Under the pieces are notes generated by a model. That model was not told the DNA's origin. It saw only the letters and a list, made by a program, of their open reading frames with translations, and did no database searches. This document shows positions 30,301-37,564 of a DNA stretch of 64,000 bases, piece by piece. The position numbers and the translations under genes were made by a program. Numbering within the stretch: position 1 is the first letter of the stretch; every line of letters starts with the position of its first letter. Location of the stretch: the NCBI GenBank assembly GCA_017541465.1, contig JAFXYZ010000039.1:5580-69579 (forward strand). Reading direction: 5' to 3'. This DNA comes from a bacterium (GTDB lineage Bacteria; Cyanobacteriota; Vampirovibrionia; Gastranaerophilales; Gastranaerophilaceae).

Positions 30301-31226
30301 ACTTAATCAGCCCGGGTACAATGCTCCAGGTAAACAACGGTTCATTGGTTCTCCGTGGTGATATGATGGCAACACTCCTTTATGAAAGACAAAAGACAGG
30401 CGATATCGTTCAGGGTTTGCCGAGGGTTGAAGAGCTTCTTGAAGGAAGAAAACCGAAAGACTCCGCTATCGTGGCTGAGACTGACGGTGTTGCCGAAATC
30501 GAAATTGAAGATGAAGTTGCAAGACTTTACCTTAAATCCGGTGATTCAAGAACAGAGATTAAATATCCGATTGACTCTAACATTATTGTTGCGGATAAAC
30601 AAAAAATCTCTGTCGGTCAGCCTTTAACGGCAGGTCCTCTGAACCCGCATGACGTAATCAGACTCAATGGTGTTGCAGCAGCACAACAATATCTCGTTGA
30701 CGAAGTACAGAGAGTATATCGTTCACAGGGTGTTGATATTGCGGATAAACACGTTGAAGTTATCGTTAAGCAGATGACCAAGAAGGTAAAAGTTCTTGAC
30801 TCAGGCGATTCAAGATTACTTCCGGGTGAATTCCTCGAATGGCAGACTGTTGAAGCTGTTAACAAAGAAATAAGAGAAAAAGGCGGAGTTGAATGCACAT
30901 TTGAACCCGTTCTCTTAGGTATCACAAAAGCAAGTTTGAATACCGAGAGCTTTATTTCAGCGGCATCCTTCCAGGAAACAACAAGAATCTTAACTGAAGC
31001 TGCCGTAGAAGGTAAGAAGGATTTGTTAAGAGGTCTGAAGGAAAACGTCATTATCGGCAGGTTAATTCCTGCAGGAACAGGCTTCTATCATCTAACAAAT
31101 GCTTCTGAGGAAAAAGACAGAGAAGCGCAAAAGAGAGCAGCCGAAAAGAACAACACAAGAAAGCCCTCTGCGATTTTGGAAGAAATCGAGGGAATGTTCG
31201 GCTCGCCCGATTTTACAATTGAATAA
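27375..31226 (+). CDS. rpoC2: RNA polymerase beta-prime subunit (C-terminal part), RpoC2
   Basis: '[25 protein letters not shown]', 'MRTFHTGGV', '[15 protein letters not shown]' and '[25 protein letters not shown]'. The ATG at 27375 follows an aaggtga RBS; the ORF track starts at the GTG at 27363. Confidence 0.93.
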   Translation: [1283 protein letters not shown]

Positions 31227-31247
31227 GTTAATATTCAGAGTTAATAT

Positions 31248-31279
31248 AACGGCGGTGATAAATTCACCGCCGTTTTTTA
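31248..31279 (+). terminator. rho-independent terminator of the rpo operon
   Basis: 11-bp stem aacggcggtga/tcaccgccgtt plus a T6 run. Confidence 0.8.
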
Positions 31280-31292
31280 TTTGGAGAATTTT

Positions 31293-31757
31293 ATGCGAAA
31301 AATATTGTTAATTTTCTTTTTATTGTCAATTCCCATGTTTGCATTTTCTTCCGAGGTTTCTGACGTGAGGGAATTTTTCGATAGTTATGTTCAGTCTGCA
31401 AATTCTTACAGTAAAAAAGTTCCCGATTATTATTCTGCGGATGCCAGGATAGTGAGGGTTGTAATCAGACCTGACGGGGTTAAAGAGAGTGTTGAATTTA
31501 AATTTGATGATTATATGAACCAGATGAAAAAGCGTTCGAGAATTGCAAAACTTGTCCGATATAAAAACAGATATGAGGATATTTTTGTTTCCGACTTAAA
31601 TGACGGAAGGTATATGATAAGTGCAAAGAGGTTTCCTATGAGGGATAAGACGGGGCTTAATGCTTATTTTATTGTTGAAAAAAGAGGGGGCGGATATAAA
31701 ATCATTGAAGAGAGTATGGAAACACCCGTTCAGGATTTTTTGAAGTATAAAAAATAA
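31293..31757 (+). CDS. secreted protein, unknown function
   Basis: The ATG at 31293 follows a ggag RBS. Signal peptide 'MRKILLIFFLLSIPMFAFS'. Confidence 0.55.
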   Translation: MRKILLIFFLLSIPMFAFSSEVSDVREFFDSYVQSANSYSKKVPDYYSADARIVRVVIRPDGVKESVEFKFDDYMNQMKKRSRIAKLVRYKNRYEDIFVSDLNDGRYMISAKRFPMRDKTGLNAYFIVEKRGGGYKIIEESMETPVQDFLKYKK

Positions 31758-31790
31758 AAAAAGAGCCTTTATTTAGGCTCATTCTTTTTA
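31755..31790. terminator. bidirectional terminator
   Basis: Stem gagcct/aggctc flanked by A-runs and T-runs, between convergent genes. Confidence 0.6.
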
Positions 31791-32570
31791 TTACTGATTT
31801 GATTTAAGTTTTTTGCTGCTTCTATAGGTCATAACCCATTCATCGTGCATAATTCTTGCAGCGCAGGAAAGCCCTTCCACAAGACATTCGTCATAACTGC
31901 CGTTCCAGTAGTATTGAGAAGATTCCCAGCCGCTTCCCGCTTTAAAGATTGCATAATCTTTACCCATATAGGGGTAAATCATACCGTCCTGAGCGAGAAC
32001 AAATCTGTAGCAGTCAAGCCCCCATTTGTTTGGCGGGTTATCGCCGTTGACATCAACATCAATAGTGCCGAGTAAATATTTCATGTGTCCCGTCAGGGCT
32101 CTTATTTCAGTCATTGTTAAGGCGGATTCCTGGGGTTGTGTTGTTAAATCAAGTCTCATAATTGTTCCGTCAGCGAGAATAACAGTGTAGTTGTCGTTAT
32201 TTGTGCCGCCGCTTTCATACTGGTATGCGCATGCTTTGTTTCCGCCGTACTGTCCTTTTTCAAAGATAGCTATTGTTTTAAAGGCTTTTCTCATTTCGTT
32301 TGAAAACCTTGACTGGTTTCCGGAATTAAGGTTTGTTCCGCTTATGCTTTCAATAATAGCAGAGCGTCTGAAATCGGTAACTCCGTCTTTAGACATTCTG
32401 AGTTTAAAAGCCTGGTTTGTATTTGCATAAAATTTCTTTAAACTGTTTACATACTGAACATCTCTGACGTACAACTGTACGGAGGGAACCGTCAAAGCCG
32501 CAACAACTCCGATTATAACGAGTGTTACCAAAACTTCCGCTAAAGTAAATGCTGATTTATTTTTTTTCAT
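31791..32570 (-). CDS. prepilin-type N-terminal cleavage/methylation domain protein (pilin-like)
   Basis: 'MKKNKSAFTLAEVLVTLVIIGVVAALTVPS' and C-terminal 'DVDVNGDNPPNKWGLDCYRFVL'. Confidence 0.8.
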   Translation of the reverse strand: MKKNKSAFTLAEVLVTLVIIGVVAALTVPSVQLYVRDVQYVNSLKKFYANTNQAFKLRMSKDGVTDFRRSAIIESISGTNLNSGNQSRFSNEMRKAFKTIAIFEKGQYGGNKACAYQYESGGTNNDNYTVILADGTIMRLDLTTQPQESALTMTEIRALTGHMKYLLGTIDVDVNGDNPPNKWGLDCYRFVLAQDGMIYPYMGKDYAIFKAGSGWESSQYYWNGSYDECLVEGLSCAARIMHDEWVMTYRSSKKLKSNQ

Positions 32571-32662
32571 TATTTCGTCTCTCTATCCGATATTTAATTA
32601 CCACAATTATACCAAAATTAAACATTTTATAGAAGCTTTATTTTAATGTATAATATTTTTAT

Positions 32663-33790
32663 ATGAGTAATTATAAAACAATAATTTCTTTAATGTCGGG
32701 TACATCAATTGATTCTGTTGATGCTCTTATGGTGAAGATTTTCGATGATCTTTCGTTTGAAATTGTTGATAATTATTCTCTTTCCTATCCTTCTGAAGTC
32801 AGAAATATGATTTTTAAAACTGTTGATAATAAGTCTGATGTTTCCGAGGTTTGTTCTCTTAATTTCCTTTTAGGGCAGCTTTTTGCACAAGCTGTGAATG
32901 AGCTTCTTCAAAAGACTGATATGAAGAAAGAAGAAATTGATTTTATATCTTCACACGGGCAGACTGTCTTTCATATTCCCGAAAAGAAAAACTTTTGCGG
33001 GTTTAATATCTCATCAACCCTTCAGCTCGGTGATATTTCGGTTATTTCTCATCTGACCGGAATAAAAACTGTCGGTGATTTCAGAACAAAGGACATGGCG
33101 GCAGGCGGTCAGGGCGCACCTCTTGTACCTTTTGCTGATGAGATTTTGTTTAAGAAAGACAAAAACAGACTTATCCAAAATATCGGAGGAATTTCAAATG
33201 TAACGGTTTTGACGAAGGATAAACCGACCTTTGCCTTTGATAACGGTGTCGGGAATATTTTGTCCGATTATTTTTCTTTAAAACTCTTTGGTGAGCCGTT
33301 CGATAAAGGGGGAGAGTTTGCTTTAAAAGGAAAAGTCGATACAAAATGGCTTGAACTTTTGTTGTCGGAACCTTATTATAAAAAACTTCCGCCTAAAACT
33401 ACAGGAAGAGAGTTGTTTTCAAGTGAATACGCAGAAAAGTTGTTTCTGAGTGCGCCCAAAGATAAATATGATGTTATGGCAACCATAGCAGAACTAACTG
33501 CAAGCGTAATTTATAACTCCTATTGTGATTTTATTTTTAATGATAACAAAATTGATGAGGTGGTCTTAGGAGGCGGAGGTGCGTTTAATAAGGCGATAGT
33601 CGGCTCTTTGAGACAAAAACTCTCTGATATTCCTCTTAAAACTCACGCAGACTTTAATATCCCTGATAAATTCAAAGAATGTTTAGCATTTGCATATCTT
33701 GGGTATTTTACGTTATTGAATAAACCCAATAACCTTCCCTCCTGCACAGGCGCAAATAAGCCTGTTGTTATGGGGAAAATAGCGTATTAA
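32663..33790 (+). CDS. anmK: anhydro-N-acetylmuramic acid kinase
   Basis: 'SLMSGTSIDSVDA' N-terminus, 375 aa, and 'GGGAFN'. Confidence 0.85.
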   Translation: MSNYKTIISLMSGTSIDSVDALMVKIFDDLSFEIVDNYSLSYPSEVRNMIFKTVDNKSDVSEVCSLNFLLGQLFAQAVNELLQKTDMKKEEIDFISSHGQTVFHIPEKKNFCGFNISSTLQLGDISVISHLTGIKTVGDFRTKDMAAGGQGAPLVPFADEILFKKDKNRLIQNIGGISNVTVLTKDKPTFAFDNGVGNILSDYFSLKLFGEPFDKGGEFALKGKVDTKWLELLLSEPYYKKLPPKTTGRELFSSEYAEKLFLSAPKDKYDVMATIAELTASVIYNSYCDFIFNDNKIDEVVLGGGGAFNKAIVGSLRQKLSDIPLKTHADFNIPDKFKECLAFAYLGYFTLLNKPNNLPSCTGANKPVVMGKIAY

Positions 33791-34581
33791 AGTATATTAT
33801 CCAGCCCGTAAATGAATTCATTATGCTCAGCGACATATCTTACTGCTGTCAGAACTCCCGACATATAACATGTTCTGTCCATTGAGTCGTGGCGGATAGT
33901 TAAAATCTGTCCGCTTGAGCCGAAAAGAACCTCCTGAGAAGCTATAAACCCGGGCATTCTGACTGAGTGAATATGGATATTTGAGTTTGCATTTGCCCCT
34001 CTTGCACCTTCTATTGTTTCTGTTTCAGGGCAGTTTGAATAAGTAAAATCAGGATTTTCCTCTGCCATCATCTGAGCGGTTTTGACTGCAGTTCCCGATG
34101 GTGCATCTTTCTTTTGATTGTGGTGGAGTTCAATAATTTCAGCGTTCTTAAAGTATTTAGCGGCTTTTTTAGCGAACATCATCATTAAAACCGCACCTAA
34201 AGAAAAATTCGGGGCAATCAGGCATGCCGTTTGGTTCTTTTCCGATAATTCCTTTATTGTTTGAATCTGCTCTTCCGATAAGCCTGTTGTGCCGATTACA
34301 CACTTTGTTTTGTTGTTCAGATATTTTTTTGTGTTTTCAAACACGAATTTTGGCTGGGTAAAATCGATGACTACATCTGGCTTTGAAGTTGAGAGTGCTT
34401 TTTCAATATCCGTTTCAATTTTAACTCCGTTTTGTTTGCTGAAGAGAATTTGTCCTATGTCCTCGCCTTCTTTCTGTATATCAACAGCCATACAAAGCTC
34501 CATATCATCTGAAGTACAAACTGCATTGATGACTTCTCTTCCCATCTTGCCTAAAGCACCTATAACACCGATTTTTATCAT
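33787..34581 (-). CDS. dapB: 4-hydroxy-tetrahydrodipicolinate reductase
   Basis: 'KIGVIGALGKMGRE' and 'ELHHNQKKDAPSGTA'. Confidence 0.9.
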   Translation of the reverse strand: MIKIGVIGALGKMGREVINAVCTSDDMELCMAVDIQKEGEDIGQILFSKQNGVKIETDIEKALSTSKPDVVIDFTQPKFVFENTKKYLNNKTKCVIGTTGLSEEQIQTIKELSEKNQTACLIAPNFSLGAVLMMMFAKKAAKYFKNAEIIELHHNQKKDAPSGTAVKTAQMMAEENPDFTYSNCPETETIEGARGANANSNIHIHSVRMPGFIASQEVLFGSSGQILTIRHDSMDRTCYMSGVLTAVRYVAEHNEFIYGLDNIL

Positions 34582-34596
34582 ATTTCCCTCTTTTTC

Positions 34597-34650
34597 TTTT
34601 GTCGGGCAGGAATGCCCAACTTACGATTTGTCGGCTGAAAGCCCGCCTAC
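34597..34650 (-). repeat. two tandem REP-like GTAG hairpin units in the dapB 5' leader
   Basis: The minus strand reads GTAGGCGGGCTTTCAGCCGACAAA and GTAAGTTGGGCATTCCTGCCCGACAAAA, just upstream of the RBS. Confidence 0.45.
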
Positions 34651-34728
34651 ATTTCTTAGTATATATTAAAAATAATTATTTTTGTAATACAATTATAATA
34701 GCGAAAATATTACACAGGATGGAAAATC

Positions 34729-37551
34729 ATGGCTAACGAAACAAAAGAAGAACTTAAAAACACCATAAATTTGCCCAAAACAACTCTTGAAATGAGGGCA
34801 AATGCCACAGTTAAAGAACTTCAGACTCAAAAGTTTTGGGAAGAAAACAAAATTTATGAGAAAATGACGGAAAATAAGGATAAGACAAACAAATTTATCC
34901 TCCATGACGGTCCTCCCTATTTAAGCTCCGAAAAAATTCACGTCGGAACTGCCTTAAATAAGATTTTAAAAGATATTATCATCAAATATAAAACCCAGCA
35001 GGGCTTTTATTCCCCCTATGTTCCGGGGTATGATGCCCACGGGCTTCCTATCGAAAATGCCGTTGTTAAAAATTTAAAAGGCGGCCGCCATTCGATTACA
35101 GAGGGCGAACTCAGACAAAAATGCAGAGAATATGCCGCAAACAGCTTAAAAGGTCAGGAAGCAGCCTTTAAAAGACTGGGAGTTCTCGGAAACTGGGAAA
35201 ATCCTTATTTAACTATCCGCCCCGAATATGAAGCAGAGCAAATAAGAGTATTTGGCGAGATGTATAAAAAAGGCTACATCGAAAAAGGGTTAAAACCTGT
35301 TTACTGGTGCGCTTCATGTGAAACAGCTCTTGCTGAAGCAGAGGTTGAATACGCAGATGTCTCTTCTTCTTCAATTTATGTCAGATTTGAATTTGACGAG
35401 CCATCAACAAAGAAAATCAATGATTTAATTAATTTAAACGGAAAGAAGATATTTGCAATAATCTGGACAACAACTCCCTGGACAATTCCTTCCAATGTTG
35501 CTATTTCAATGCACCCGAGGTTTGAATATACCTTATTTGAAAAGGATAATGACGTCTATGTCGTTGCAACCGATTTATTATCAACTTTCTTGGTTGATGT
35601 CGGTGTTGAACAGTCCGAGATTAAAGTTATCGGCTCTTTAAAGGGAACTGATTTTGAACTCTTAGAGGTTAACCACCCGCTCATTGACAGAAAATCAAAG
35701 ATTATTTTAGGTGAACACGTTACCCTCGATGCAGGTACCGGTTTAGTCCATACCGCCCCCGGGCATGGTCTTGAGGACTGGGAAGTCGGCTGTAAATACG
35801 GTATTGAAATTCTTTCACCTCTGGATTCTAAAGGTTGCTGGACTGAAGAGGGCAGAATCCCCGAGCTTGTCGGAGTTCCTTACTACAAAGGAAACGGCAT
35901 GGTTATTGAAATGCTTGAAAATAAGCAGGCACTCATCTTTCAAAATGAAATAACCCACAGTTATCCTCACTGCTGGAGATGTAAACATCCTGTTATCTAC
36001 AGAGCAACTCCCCAGTGGTTTGTAAAGGTTGATAAGTTTAGAGATAAAGCTCTTGAAGCTATAAAAGGTGTAAAATGGATACCTGCGAGCGGTGAAAACC
36101 GTATCGGCAATATGGTCGCAGACAGAACAGACTGGTGTATTTCCCGTCAGAGAGCATGGGGTGTTCCTATCCCCGTTTTCTATTGCGAGGACTGCGGTGA
36201 GGTTATCTGCACTGATGAAACCATCGAAAGTATTGCAAAAATCTTTGAAAAAGAAAGCTCTGATGCCTGGGTAAACCACAGCGCTGAAGAACTTCTTCCG
36301 CAGGGGTTTAAGTGCCCTAAGTGTGGTAAAACTCACCTGAGAAAAGAAAAAGACATTATGGATGTCTGGTTTGACTCGGGTATTTCCTGGAGAGCGGTTG
36401 TTGAAGAAAGAGCGGAAGAGCTTGGGCACACTCCCGTTGAACTCTATTTAGAGGGTTCAGACCAGCACAGGGGCTGGTTCCAGTCATCGCTTCTGACTTC
36501 TGTTGCCGTTCAGGAAAAAGCGCCCTATAAACAGGTACTCACTCACGGCTTTGTCTTTGGTGAGGATGGAAGAAAGATGTCAAAGTCTTTAGGAAACTAT
36601 ATAAGACCTGACGACATCATCAAAAACTACGGCGCTGATATTCTGCGCCTCTGGGCAGCTTCCGTTGATTACAGAAACGATATTAAAATCGGTAATAACA
36701 TAATCGGCCAGCTTGCCGAAATTTATAAAAAGACAAGAAACACCTCAAGATTTTTGCTCGGTAACCTCTTTGACTTCAACCCTGAAGAGGATTACGTAAA
36801 GTATGAAGATTTAAAGAATATCGATAAATTCGCTCTTCATAAACTCAATACCTTAATCTCAAATGTTACCGATGCGTTTGAAAAGTATGAATTTTTCAGA
36901 TACTTCCAGTATCTTCAGAATTTTGCCGCAACGGATTTGAGCTCCTTCTATCTTGATATTGTTAAAGACAGACTTTATACGAGCGGTAAAAAATCGCTTT
37001 CAAGAAGAGCCTGCCAGACGGTTTTATATGAAATTTCACAGGTTTTAACGAGAATTTTGGTTCCCGTTATGCCTCATCAGGCTGAGGACATCTGGCAAAA
37101 TACACCTGAAGCTCAAAGAGGCGGCTTAGAGAGTATTCTTCTCTCCTCCTGGCCCAAAGAGCACGCAGAGTGGAATAACCCTGAGCTTGAAGCTGAATTT
37201 CAGAAGATTTTGAAGCTCAGAGAAGTTGTCACGAAAGCGATAGAACCTTTAAGGACTGAGAAAACCATTGGAAGTTCTTTAGAGGTTGCGGTTTATGTTA
37301 AATCAAGTGAAACCGAACTTTTGAAGAAGTACGAAACCGAACTCGGTAATATTTTCATTACTTCTCAGGCATTTATCACTGAGAACGCACCTCAGAATTG
37401 TCTGAGAGAATACTCTGAGGACGAATACACAGTCTATGTCACAAAAGCAATAGGTGAAAAGTGTGAGAGATGCTGGAAATACAGAACCTTAGGCAACCAC
37501 GCGGGATATGAGACAATTTGTGACGACTGCTACAGCGCTATAACAGAGTAA
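34729..37551 (+). CDS. ileS: isoleucine--tRNA ligase
   Basis: 940 aa with 'FILHDGPPY', 'KMSKSLGN' and a C-terminal CxxC..CxxC. The HIGH box reads HVGT. Confidence 0.95.
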   Translation: MANETKEELKNTINLPKTTLEMRANATVKELQTQKFWEENKIYEKMTENKDKTNKFILHDGPPYLSSEKIHVGTALNKILKDIIIKYKTQQGFYSPYVPGYDAHGLPIENAVVKNLKGGRHSITEGELRQKCREYAANSLKGQEAAFKRLGVLGNWENPYLTIRPEYEAEQIRVFGEMYKKGYIEKGLKPVYWCASCETALAEAEVEYADVSSSSIYVRFEFDEPSTKKINDLINLNGKKIFAIIWTTTPWTIPSNVAISMHPRFEYTLFEKDNDVYVVATDLLSTFLVDVGVEQSEIKVIGSLKGTDFELLEVNHPLIDRKSKIILGEHVTLDAGTGLVHTAPGHGLEDWEVGCKYGIEILSPLDSKGCWTEEGRIPELVGVPYYKGNGMVIEMLENKQALIFQNEITHSYPHCWRCKHPVIYRATPQWFVKVDKFRDKALEAIKGVKWIPASGENRIGNMVADRTDWCISRQRAWGVPIPVFYCEDCGEVICTDETIESIAKIFEKESSDAWVNHSAEELLPQGFKCPKCGKTHLRKEKDIMDVWFDSGISWRAVVEERAEELGHTPVELYLEGSDQHRGWFQSSLLTSVAVQEKAPYKQVLTHGFVFGEDGRKMSKSLGNYIRPDDIIKNYGADILRLWAASVDYRNDIKIGNNIIGQLAEIYKKTRNTSRFLLGNLFDFNPEEDYVKYEDLKNIDKFALHKLNTLISNVTDAFEKYEFFRYFQYLQNFAATDLSSFYLDIVKDRLYTSGKKSLSRRACQTVLYEISQVLTRILVPVMPHQAEDIWQNTPEAQRGGLESILLSSWPKEHAEWNNPELEAEFQKILKLREVVTKAIEPLRTEKTIGSSLEVAVYVKSSETELLKKYETELGNIFITSQAFITENAPQNCLREYSEDEYTVYVTKAIGEKCERCWKYRTLGNHAGYETICDDCYSAITE

Positions 37552-37564
37552 TAAAGGTAAAATT

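Noticed and set aside
28841-31051. Antisense or alternative-frame ORFs inside rpoC2, and similar ones inside ileS (35815..36429), rpoB and the helicase gene.
   Set aside because: They lie within clearly conserved genes, and their translations are Ser/Leu/Phe-rich mirror artefacts.
34651-34728. Looked for a T-box leader ahead of ileS.
   Set aside because: The region is too short and AT-rich. No specifier-loop or T-box sequence (AGGGUGGNACCGCG-like) is seen.
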